From the IMG/VR virus record IMGVR_UViG_3300029672_000003: 62,525 bases of DNA. One strand, written 5' to 3'. The first letter of the stretch is position 1. Every line of letters begins with the position of its first letter. The notes under the pieces are model-generated. The model was not told the origin of the DNA, did not search any database, and saw only the letters and a list, made by a program, of their open reading frames with translations. Origin of the DNA: a virus. A program made the translations under genes and the position numbers. Below are positions 24,580 through 31,334 of the stretch, piece after piece.

Positions 24580-25191
24580 TCAACCAGAATTGTCGGAGTT
24601 GTTCGGCAATCCTATACAATTATTAGCCCCAAGATGTGGCAGTTCTTCGGCTGTCAAAGCTCTTGCTCTGGATCCCTGATCTCTAACGCCCGGCATATTG
24701 AAACCGCAATACTTGTTGAGTGATGGCATGTAGCACATTGGGTTATTCTTCCCAGAAGTCTGTAAACCTACAAGACTTTCCTCTCTCATTTGGTCAATCT
24801 TTTTGCAAATGTCGGAACCTGATGAGCCCAGCTGCACGCCATTAACCCATCCATTTAGTGTATCTCTATGTATTCCAGTGAAGAATACAAACCCTGTAAT
24901 ATTAATTATCTTCTCATAGTCATTGCAAAGGTCTATATATAAATCTAATATATTATTAACCTTGTCTGTGTCATATGCATTATTGATATTATTATCATCC
25001 TTAAGATATTTTGGATTTGTTTTAAATACATGCTCATAAACATATTTACAACAGTTGTACCATCTGTTTTGAGATACCTTACACATATCAGTTATATTTC
25101 TATCTTCCATCCAGAGATTTATATACATGTCAATGTCATCTTTAAAAACATCAACTGTATTATTTACTTCCTGCATTTCAACTGCTGACAT
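24580..25191 (-). CDS. terS: Terminase small subunit (putative)
   Basis: Pattern ITGFVFFTGIHRDTLNGW...DICKKIDQMREESLVGLQTSGKNNPMCYMPSLNKYCGFN resembles Firmicute-phage TerS proteins (HTH ... LKN.FGW-type tail). It is the first gene after the late leader. Confidence 0.6.
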   Translation of the reverse strand: MSAVEMQEVNNTVDVFKDDIDMYINLWMEDRNITDMCKVSQNRWYNCCKYVYEHVFKTNPKYLKDDNNINNAYDTDKVNNILDLYIDLCNDYEKIINITGFVFFTGIHRDTLNGWVNGVQLGSSGSDICKKIDQMREESLVGLQTSGKNNPMCYMPSLNKYCGFNMPGVRDQGSRARALTAEELPHLGANNCIGLPNNSDNSG

Positions 25192-25225
25192 GTTGTATAT
25201 CTCCTCTCTCCAGTACTGGAATACT

Positions 25226-25285
25226 TAAAATAAAAAATGCAACTGATACAATCAGATCATGATGATCTCGACTGTACCGGCTGCA
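25226..25285 (-). terminator. Long imperfect hairpin plus U-tract in the terS 5' leader
   Basis: Minus strand TGCAGCCGGTACAGTCGAGATCAT/CATGATCTGATTGTATCAGTTGCA followed by TTTTTTATTTT, about 35 nt before the terS RBS. Confidence 0.55.
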
Positions 25286-25299
25286 TGAAGTCCGTTTCT

Positions 25300-25338
25300 T
25301 TCGGGACCTCGGCGAAACTGATTCGCCCGTTGCCCGAA
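25300..25338 (-). promoter_or_regulatory. Nested GC-rich stem-loop in the late leader
   Basis: Outer helix TTCGGG/CCCGAA enclosing GGCGAA-TCAGT-TTCGCC. Confidence 0.4.
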
Positions 25339-25524
25339 TGCTTTTTAATTTAATAAAACAATATCATTCTATCATTTTCTTGTCAAGGTATATTTTAAAA
25401 TTAAATTTTAAGCCTGTATATTATATATATTATTTATATAAATATACTGCCTTATTTATAATATATATTTTTAATATTACAAGAGAGAATATAATCTTTC
25501 TCTTACTCTAGTGTCTATATCTAC

Positions 25525-25569
25525 GTTGCAAAAATGTTGCAATTTGTTGCAGAAGTGTTGCATTGCAAC
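25525..25569. repeat. Iteron array: four GTTGCA repeats at 10-11 bp spacing, the last forming the palindrome TGTTGCATTGCAACA. It is adjacent to a roughly 120-bp AT-rich tract (25380-25500).
   Basis: GTTGCA at 25525, 25536, 25546 and 25557. Inverted TGCAAC at 25564. Same organisation as 41979-42033. Confidence 0.8.
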
Positions 25570-25663
25570 AAAACTGGTACAATTCTATCATTTTGTCTTG
25601 TTCGTAATAAAATTATCATTCTTGAAATTTTGTGAAATACTAACAAAAATTTTCTACGTTTTG

Positions 25664-25695
25664 CACAAAAAAGGACGGCTATATTTCAAGCCGTC
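25664..25695 (-). terminator. Rho-independent terminator ending the RHH-Rha-peptidase operon
   Basis: Minus strand GACGGCT-TGAAATAT-AGCCGTC followed by CTTTTTTGTGC. Confidence 0.8.
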
Positions 25696-25841
25696 AATCT
25701 GTTCTGGATCCTGTTTTAATTAAATGATATATATACTTCTCCGTCTCCGTTGTAGTTCTCAATCGCCTTTTCTGCCTCCTCATAATTTGCACAGGCAGCA
25801 AACAAGCAACGGAAATGTGGTTATTGATCATTTGATCGAAG

Positions 25842-25940
25842 CGCAGATTTTACATCTTTCGGAAATTTTATAAATTTGAAATCTGCGTAGCATAGCCGAA
25901 ACGCCCTCAGGGGCTTCAGCCGCGGGATGGTCTCCCGGCT
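25842..25940. ncRNA. Unassigned structured segment: a 9-bp-stem hairpin (CGCAGATTT/AAATCTGCG) followed by a GC-rich multi-hairpin element
   Basis: AGCCGAAAC-GCCC-TCAG-GGGC-TTCAGCC-GCGGGA-TGG-TCTCCCGGCT. The only ORF over it (25821-26051) has no RBS and is implausible. Confidence 0.3.
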
Positions 25941-26047
25941 CTGACGATGGCAGAAGGGAAAAAATATGATCGTTGAAGAAAGAAAAAAGATAGCGTTGAT
26001 CTGTAGAGTATTAAAGATGTTATAAAAGCAAAAGCACCCGGGGGCGG

Positions 26048-26194
26048 TCATTTTTCTTTCCGAATAGTTTGCGCTGTAAAAATCAAAGACCTTGCGGCAT
26101 AGTCGCTCCTGCTTAATTCATCCATCAACTTTTCCCTTGTCATTTCTGGATTTGTCTTTTGAACATATCTTAACAATTCATCTACTTTGTCCAT
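26048..26194 (-). CDS. 48-aa protein, translationally coupled to the metallopeptidase gene
   Basis: TAATG overlap. MDKVDELLRYVQKTNPEMTREKLMDELSRSDYAARSLIFTAQTIRKEK. Confidence 0.5.
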   Translation of the reverse strand: MDKVDELLRYVQKTNPEMTREKLMDELSRSDYAARSLIFTAQTIRKEK

Positions 26195-26514
26195 TATGCT
26201 GCCCTCCAATCAATGTTTGCCATCAAATCATCCAGCAAATAAATCAAATCTGCCCCATACAGGCTGATCCAGTCCGCAAGATACTCTTCCTGCTCAATCG
26301 GCATATGAATGTTATAGGAAAAGCAAAAACAATGACAAAGTTCATGAGCCAGTATTTTGCGCAAATAGCCATTTTCTGGTTTATCCGAAACATATATTAT
26401 CCTATCATTCCAATCAGTCACAGCAAGGCTAATAGAGCCATCAGATCGCATCAGCTTACTGCTTGCACCGCGGACAAATTTTATTTCCCATTCAATACCA
26501 TTTATCACAAACAT
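26194..26514 (-). CDS. Small HExxH zinc metallopeptidase (ImmA/IrrE-like)
   Basis: ILAHELCHCF motif. 106 aa. Immediately downstream of an antirepressor-class gene. Confidence 0.5.
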   Translation of the reverse strand: MFVINGIEWEIKFVRGASSKLMRSDGSISLAVTDWNDRIIYVSDKPENGYLRKILAHELCHCFCFSYNIHMPIEQEEYLADWISLYGADLIYLLDDLMANIDWRAA

Positions 26515-26576
26515 ATTTTACCTCCAAAAAAAGAAACCACCAGCCAAATATCAGCCAGTGATTTCTAAATTTAAAG

Positions 26577-27251
26577 TTATTCTTCTTGCTCTTCAATCAA
26601 CAAATAATTAATGTACCTTGTTGCTGTTCCAGCAAGTTCTTTGCTGTAGTCTAGCAAGTCCATCTTGTACTCCGGTTTATGCCCATATGTGACTGTATAG
26701 AACTTTTCCACAAGTTCTAAGTTATGTAAGTCAGACAATTCCACAAGAATTTTGTGATATAAAAATTTTCTCGTCCATCCGAACCGGTCACAGATAATTT
26801 TGAGTTTCCAGTTATTTTTATTAAACCATTTACCACTTTCTATCTTTTTTACGATGCTCCAGCGTGCAAACGGGTCTTTCTCCGGAATTTCAGCCTGCGT
26901 ATTTTTCAGAGCCTGTTCCATGTCGTGGAAGCGATTGATGTATTGAGCCGTGAAAGCCGTTCCCTTAACTCCGGTCAGCTTGTGCGCGATAAATTCGCAT
27001 CCTTTCTTGGTAATGTCATAGCATGGGCGTTCTTTTCCTTGCTCGTCCTTATAGGTGTTTTCTCTGAAGAAATCAGCCACATCAATTTTGATTTTACCTG
27101 TAATATTGTTTTGTTCCATCTGTTTACAGTACCTTTTGATATCTCGTAACATGTTTGCGTGTGTCTTTTCGACCATTTCCGCAACTTCCATGCTGGTTAG
27201 AGTTTGCTCTAATTGTTTCATCTGAATATCGTTCATCAGCAAATCCCCCAT
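26577..27251 (-). CDS. Rha-family phage regulatory protein (probable start MNDIQM at 27236)
   Basis: LTSMEVAEMVEKTHANMLRDIKRY... is Rha-like. Its start is coupled (TGATG) to the 35-aa micro-ORF. Confidence 0.75.
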   Translation of the reverse strand: MGDLLMNDIQMKQLEQTLTSMEVAEMVEKTHANMLRDIKRYCKQMEQNNITGKIKIDVADFFRENTYKDEQGKERPCYDITKKGCEFIAHKLTGVKGTAFTAQYINRFHDMEQALKNTQAEIPEKDPFARWSIVKKIESGKWFNKNNWKLKIICDRFGWTRKFLYHKILVELSDLHNLELVEKFYTVTYGHKPEYKMDLLDYSKELAGTATRYINYLLIEEQEE

Positions 27252-27343
27252 TTCTGTTTAAATGAAAGTATCGTGTTCAAAATAAACTGCAAAAATTTTT
27301 CGTCCTGTATGTTCTGAATTTCTGTAATTAACTGTTCTTTCAT
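27236..27343 (-). CDS. 35-aa micro-protein, family member 2 (MKEQLITEIQNIQDEKFLQFILNTILSFKQKWGIC)
   Basis: Paralog of 1250-1357 with the same overlaps. Confidence 0.6.
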   Translation of the reverse strand: MKEQLITEIQNIQDEKFLQFILNTILSFKQKWGIC

Positions 27344-27462
27344 CTTGTACCGCCTTTCTTGTCAGATGCAAGGTTACTTGTAAAAATCCAGACACATCTT
27401 AAAAAGTGTTCGCTAAGTAAATTCAGATTTTTTGTAATTTCTTCAATATACAGTTCTCTCAT
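27340..27462 (-). CDS. 40-aa micro-protein (MRELYIEEITKNLNLLSEHFLRCVWIFTSNLASDKKGGTR)
   Basis: Paralog of 1354-1476. RBS AAAGGTAG upstream. Confidence 0.55.
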   Translation of the reverse strand: MRELYIEEITKNLNLLSEHFLRCVWIFTSNLASDKKGGTR

Positions 27463-27551
27463 AATAATCTACCTTTCTTTCAAAAAATACTTGATTTTCC
27501 GCAAGGAAATGATAGAATATATTTATCAGTCCTTGCGGATTGGTGTTTTAA

Positions 27552-27586
27552 GAGTAACTTCTACTTGTCTATGGTGTAAGTTACTC
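27552..27586. promoter_or_regulatory. Inverted repeat GAGTAACTT-N17-AAGTTACTC spanning the stop codon of RHH gene 2
   Basis: 9-bp perfect arms. The half-site is identical to CI/Cro operator O-a (AGTAACTT). Confidence 0.45.
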
Positions 27587-27757
27587 TTTTTCCTTGCCTA
27601 AAAGTAAATGAATACCTCTGCGAATTGCTTCTGCTCTTGTAATGTTATTTTCAATGCAATATTTATCTAACTCGCTTGTGGTTTTATCGTCAAGCCTAAC
27701 TTTTACATCATTGCTTTTCGGATTATTTATTTTAGGTCTGCCTGTTCTTGGACTCAT
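27581..27757 (-). CDS. Ribbon-helix-helix (CopG/Arc-like) DNA-binding protein, copy 2
   Basis: MSPRTGRPKINNPKSNDVKVRLDDKTTSELDKYCIENNITRAEAIRRGIHLLL. RBS GTGAGGTGG. Confidence 0.75.
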   Translation of the reverse strand: MSPRTGRPKINNPKSNDVKVRLDDKTTSELDKYCIENNITRAEAIRRGIHLLLGKEKE

Positions 27758-27776
27758 TTTTACCACCTCACTTATT

Positions 27777-27820
27777 GAGTTCCACAATCTCATTATATTT
27801 ATTGGAACTCATAATGTCAA
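27777..27820 (-). promoter_or_regulatory. Consensus promoter with an 8-bp inverted repeat flanking the -10, for RHH gene 2
   Basis: Minus strand TTGACA (27815-27820), 17 nt, TATAAT (27792-27797). GAGTTCCA/TGGAACTC at 27803-27810 and 27777-27784. Confidence 0.65.
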
Positions 27821-27916
27821 TACCTTTTTAAAGATTTTTCCTGCCTTTCAATTTTTTCTTGAAAAGAGATACTCTCTATGATAAAATATTTCACAGAGAG
27901 TTATCTCGGTTTTAGG

Positions 27917-27960
27917 GCAGTTGCATGACCGTCAAATCATTTGCAACTGCTCTTTTTGTT
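27917..27960 (+). terminator. Strong hairpin whose U-tract lies on the plus strand
   Basis: GCAGTTGCA-N16-TGCAACTGC followed by TCTTTTTGTT on the plus strand. On the minus strand it is followed by CCCTAAAACC. Confidence 0.4.
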
Positions 27961-28217
27961 TAACTGCTGATTTCTTCATCAACCTTGTTGTCAAGCCACT
28001 CTTTTTTAGTCATTCCTTTTTCAAAAAGTTTTTCTTCTAACTTTTCAAACTTCTCCCTGTCAAGCTCAACACTAAAATTTCTTGTCTTTTCTCTACGTTG
28101 TTTCATATAATCAGCTCTGCTCTTGGGTGCGATTTTAACCACCTCCTTGTTACGAGTTACATTATATAATGTTACATGTAACAAGTCAATACCTTTTTGA
28201 AAAATTTCCAAATCCAC
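27960..28217 (-). CDS. Small charged protein, RHH-like (5' end uncertain; in-frame ATG at 28106)
   Basis: ...KSRADYMKQRREKTRNFSVELDREKFEKLEEKLFEKGMTKKEWLDNKVDEEISS. The promoter lies inside the track ORF, so the true start is downstream of 28160. Confidence 0.5.
   Translation of the reverse strand: MDLEIFQKGIDLLHVTLYNVTRNKEVVKIAPKSRADYMKQRREKTRNFSVELDREKFEKLEEKLFEKGMTKKEWLDNKVDEEISS
28161..28189 (-). promoter_or_regulatory. Consensus promoter embedded in GTTAC/GTAAC palindromes
   Basis: Minus strand TTGACT, 17 nt, TATAAT. GTTACATGTAAC and CTTGTTAC...GTAACAAG repeats. RBS AAGGAGGT at 28141-28148. Confidence 0.6.
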
Positions 28218-28248
28218 AAATCACTAGCTGATATTCAGTTGTCAATGT

Positions 28249-28277
28249 TCAAACAAACAGGGGCATTTCTGCCCCTG
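28249..28277 (-). terminator. Rho-independent terminator ending the cargo cluster
   Basis: Minus strand CAGGGGCA-GAAA-TGCCCCTG followed by TTTGTTTG. Confidence 0.8.
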
Positions 28278-28280
28278 TCA

Positions 28281-28928
28281 TTACATTTTGGAAACAAGCG
28301 TTGACAGCTTGCTCTTTGTCATTGTGCGCTCTTCCGGTGTCATGTCGGAGATAAGTTCCGCCATATCCTCCGAAAGCTCTTTCATGTATTTTTCAAGGTC
28401 ATGCATCTTTGCGTCCTTGTCCTCCGGCGTATTGCCCTTGTGAAGCTCTTTGCTTTCCATGTAGCTTCTACGGCTCATGCCGCTTTTGCCCTCTCTGCGA
28501 TCACGCATACCACCATCTGGTGTCATTTTAGGCTCGGTATAATACATTCTGCCGGAAGAACGATCCATATCACGGTCGTGTTCCATTTCCCGGTACATTT
28601 CCGGTGTCATGTGCCAGTAAGGCGGCTCGTCATATCCTCTCCGCGTTCCTCTTCCCTTTGGCGCAAATCTTCCGTCTGCATACCGGTAACGGTCATAATA
28701 CCGTCTGCCGTCTCCGTAACGCTCAAACATATCAAGAACCTGTTCTGGGTCTGATTCGTCCATTGATTTTGTAAGCGTCCGGTAATACATTGCTTCTGCA
28801 AGGTCTTTCATCATGTCTGTAACCTGTCCCATTTCACACGGGTCTATATTTTCAATTCCTTTGTCAATTTCGCATTTAGCACATTCAGACAGTTTTTCAA
28901 TCATGTCGTGCATTCTCATAATATCCAT
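28281..28928 (-). CDS. Hypothetical M/R/D/Y/E-rich protein (215 aa)
   Basis: Strongly biased composition (RRYYDRYRYADGRF..., MTPEMYREMEHDRDMDR...). Confidence 0.6.
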   Translation of the reverse strand: MDIMRMHDMIEKLSECAKCEIDKGIENIDPCEMGQVTDMMKDLAEAMYYRTLTKSMDESDPEQVLDMFERYGDGRRYYDRYRYADGRFAPKGRGTRRGYDEPPYWHMTPEMYREMEHDRDMDRSSGRMYYTEPKMTPDGGMRDRREGKSGMSRRSYMESKELHKGNTPEDKDAKMHDLEKYMKELSEDMAELISDMTPEERTMTKSKLSTLVSKM

Positions 28929-28940
28929 AAAACCGCCCCC

Positions 28941-29363
28941 CTATGCTTCCCGGACCGCAATTAAATTGCTGTTCTGAACTTCGATTGCCTGCGTAGACGT
29001 ATTCTGTACCGCTACCGTAACACAACAACCGCGAGGAACGTCCACATATGCCTGCGCCGAAACGTTAAAGAAGTTTTCAACTGCCGCCGGTGTAACAATC
29101 ATTCGAGTTGACTGCAACGGTTCTCCGTCAATTGCAATAGCCAGTGAAATAGCTTCAACTGTTCCACCGGTAGGAATTTGAATGTTTCCAGAATAAGATA
29201 CCAAAAATCTTGCCCGGCACTGATTTGTAAGTCCTCTCAATTTAACAATGCCGCTTCCCTGTCTATGAACAATACATTTTGTTGCGCTTGCCGGAGTTTC
29301 TGTAAATGCCACATCTTCTCCCTGCGCAACAGTTTGAATTGCAATTCCTGTAAATTCTGCCAT
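28941..29363 (-). CDS. Beta-rich protein resembling BclA C-terminal / TNF-like domains (tentative)
   Basis: Pattern ...RFLVSYSGNIQIPTGGTVEAISLAIAIDGEPLQSTRMIV...VTVAVQNTSTQAIEVQNSNLIAVR. The assignment rests on recollection of the family pattern only. Confidence 0.35.
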   Translation of the reverse strand: MAEFTGIAIQTVAQGEDVAFTETPASATKCIVHRQGSGIVKLRGLTNQCRARFLVSYSGNIQIPTGGTVEAISLAIAIDGEPLQSTRMIVTPAAVENFFNVSAQAYVDVPRGCCVTVAVQNTSTQAIEVQNSNLIAVREA

Positions 29364-29503
29364 AATTATTTACCTCTCTTTCAAAAATAAGGGCAAACAT
29401 TATAGTCTGCCCTTTGTGTTTATAAGCAATACTGCACAGCAGACATAATCGAGTTAAACTCAATTAAGATACTCAATTATTCAATTTTGTGTAGCAGCTA
29501 CTT

Positions 29504-30310
29504 TTAGCAGCTACATCCTGTGTTGCATCCACAGCCATACGCATAAGCGTTAGGATTTGGAACAACATATGCCGGGATTGCAGCCGGATTTACAGCGTTG
29601 ATGATCTGCTGTGTCTGCGCTGACATTGCAGTAGTGAGCAATGCAGACTGGCGATCCTGTGAAGCAGCTATTCTTAAGTCATTATTTTCTGACTGTAAGG
29701 AAGAGATCTTTTCCTGACACAGGTAATCAAGGATTGCCCTTGTTCCTGCCTGCTGACTGTCAATAATGTCTCTTGTGTTGCTGTTCATGGTGTTCTGCAA
29801 TGCACAGGTGTTCTGCGCCATATTGTAGTTCACACCCTGGATAGCTTCTCTGGTTTCACAGCAGCAATTAGCCAGCTGGGACTGCAAAGCATTCTGCGCC
29901 TGCATAAGTGTTACGTTTGTGGTATTAAATCCCTGCTGTGTCTGGTAGCCAAGGTTACAGATTGCATTGTCTACACCATGGAAACCGTTCATAACGGCGG
30001 TATTCTGTGCGTAAAATCCATCACAGAGACCATTTGTGATACCATCTAACTTTCCGATGATAGCCTGCGTGTCAAACCCACGCTGAATTGCAGAGTCGGT
30101 GTATGCAGATGCTGTCGCTCCCATACCTCCGTTTCCTCCCCAGCCATTGCCGCCAAAGCCGCCCCAGCCAAAAATCATAGCGAAGATAATGATAGCCCAC
30201 CAGCCATCGCCGCCCCACATTCCATCATTGTTTCTTCCGTTTCCTGTCACTGCTGCAATATCAGCAAGACTAGGAGATGCGTTTCCATTAAACATTTTGT
30301 TTACCTCCAT
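29504..30310 (-). CDS. Gly/Trp-rich membrane protein with Q/N-rich middle and Cys-rich C-terminus
   Basis: MWGGDGWWAIIIFAMIFGWGGFGGNGWGGNGGMG (YjcZ-like flavour), a CCC triplet, and C-terminal YGCGCNTGCSC. Confidence 0.6.
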   Translation of the reverse strand: MEVNKMFNGNASPSLADIAAVTGNGRNNDGMWGGDGWWAIIIFAMIFGWGGFGGNGWGGNGGMGATASAYTDSAIQRGFDTQAIIGKLDGITNGLCDGFYAQNTAVMNGFHGVDNAICNLGYQTQQGFNTTNVTLMQAQNALQSQLANCCCETREAIQGVNYNMAQNTCALQNTMNSNTRDIIDSQQAGTRAILDYLCQEKISSLQSENNDLRIAASQDRQSALLTTAMSAQTQQIINAVNPAAIPAYVVPNPNAYAYGCGCNTGCSC

Positions 30311-30364
30311 CTGATTTATTTACAAATGGGATAACCGGTTATTGTGCGCGCAACCCAAAATGTA

Positions 30365-30565
30365 CTAATGATTAAACATACTCATAACCTTTTGTTTTGC
30401 TTCATCTACTGTAATTCCTCTTTCTTTGCAGAGATTATCCGCCATTGTCTTAAGTCCGACAGTATCTCCGCTTTGATACATTTGCATGGCATTTTTTGCC
30501 ATAGGATTGTTTTGAACCTGCGGAGAATTCATCATTTGATTTAACAATAATTGTGCCGGATTCAT
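30365..30565 (-). CDS. Hypothetical 66-aa protein
   Basis: ORF with a 4-nt overlap with the upstream gene. Confidence 0.5.
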   Translation of the reverse strand: MNPAQLLLNQMMNSPQVQNNPMAKNAMQMYQSGDTVGLKTMADNLCKERGITVDEAKQKVMSMFNH

Positions 30566-31089
30566 TCTGGATCACTCTCCTTTTTTACCTGTGAAGTTTT
30601 TCTTTGACTGCTTGGAATTTTATCTAATCGGTTTTCTATCTGTTCAATCTTCCCAAAAAGTTCATCAAACTTCTGCATAAATGCACCTGTGCACTCGTCT
30701 GATAGGTCAAATTTCAATTTTTCAGTATCATGCGATAAATTGCTAACAGTATCATGCGAAACTGGCTTAAAAACGATTGTGCGAATTGTGCCATCTGCGT
30801 TCCAACTTTTAGCGTATATTTCTGTCATATCCTGTTTTGGGAAAAATGCAACGCTGCCATCCATTGGCACATCATTGGCAGTGATGTTTTCTACCGCCGG
30901 AACTACTTTTCCATTTATGCCAAAAGTTTGAACCGGGATCTGCTGCTGAATTTGCTGCGGTGCCTGCATATAATTTTGTGTATTATCAATGCGTGGCTGA
31001 TTCATATACGGATTGTATGCGTACTGCTGCCCGTATTGCTGCATCTGCTGATTATAAATCGGATTCTGGTATGCTCCGCTCATATTCAT
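30562..31089 (-). CDS. Protein with Q/N/Y-rich N-terminal low-complexity region
   Basis: YQNPIYNQQMQQYGQQYAYNPYMNQPRIDNTQNYMQAPQQIQQQ. RBS AGGAGG lies 9 nt upstream. Confidence 0.6.
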   Translation of the reverse strand: MNMSGAYQNPIYNQQMQQYGQQYAYNPYMNQPRIDNTQNYMQAPQQIQQQIPVQTFGINGKVVPAVENITANDVPMDGSVAFFPKQDMTEIYAKSWNADGTIRTIVFKPVSHDTVSNLSHDTEKLKFDLSDECTGAFMQKFDELFGKIEQIENRLDKIPSSQRKTSQVKKESDPE

Positions 31090-31216
31090 CCTGTTTGACC
31101 TCCTCTAAAACATCTTCTATTGCGTGTATGATAGACGACTGCGTTGACAAGTCCAAGGACTGTAACTCTTTTCTGGCAAAAATTTTTTCAAGAACTTCAT
31201 CTGAAAACACCACCAT
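31052..31216 (-). CDS. 54-aa ORF at the head of the cargo cluster
   Basis: GGGAGGG immediately upstream of the ATG. It overlaps the next gene start by 38 nt in another frame. Confidence 0.4.
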   Translation of the reverse strand: MVVFSDEVLEKIFARKELQSLDLSTQSSIIHAIEDVLEEVKQDEYERSIPESDL

Positions 31217-31242
31217 CCCTCCCTTTGATTATATTTTTGCAT

Positions 31243-31286
31243 AAAAAAAGGCGGCAAAACCGTCACGATTCCGACAGTTTGCCGTC
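31243..31286 (-). terminator. Rho-independent terminator
   Basis: Minus strand GACGGCAAACTGTC...GACGGTTTTGCCGCC followed by TTTTTTT. Confidence 0.65.
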
Positions 31287-31294
31287 AAAAAATA

Positions 31295-31322
31295 CAACAA
31301 AAAAAGAACGCATTAAGCGTCC
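31295..31322 (-). terminator. Rho-independent terminator downstream of int/attP
   Basis: Minus strand GGACGC-TTAA-TGCGTTC followed by TTTTTTTG. Confidence 0.6.
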
Positions 31323-31334
31323 ATACATCCGTTC

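Noticed and set aside
25525-25569. CRISPR-like array (short regularly spaced repeats), also considered for 41979-42033
   Set aside because: The repeats are only 6-7 bp with 4-5 bp spacers at helical phasing. There are no cas genes and no unique spacers. The pattern is that of replication or regulatory iterons.
25821-26051. 76-aa minus-strand ORF in the non-coding stretch
   Set aside because: It has no RBS and a low-complexity, Phe/Cys-rich translation, and it overlaps GC hairpins. More likely non-coding.
27359-27881. Plus-strand ORFs 27359-27601 and 27642-27881 as real genes of the antirepressor cassette
   Set aside because: They overlap the conserved minus-strand micro-ORFs and the RHH gene. 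They have no RBSs and hydrophobic low-complexity translations.
31228-31233. TATAAT box as the promoter of the cargo cluster
   Set aside because: It lies only 11 nt from the ATG at 31216, so a transcript starting there would lack the RBS. No -35 element is present. The cluster's promoter remains unidentified.
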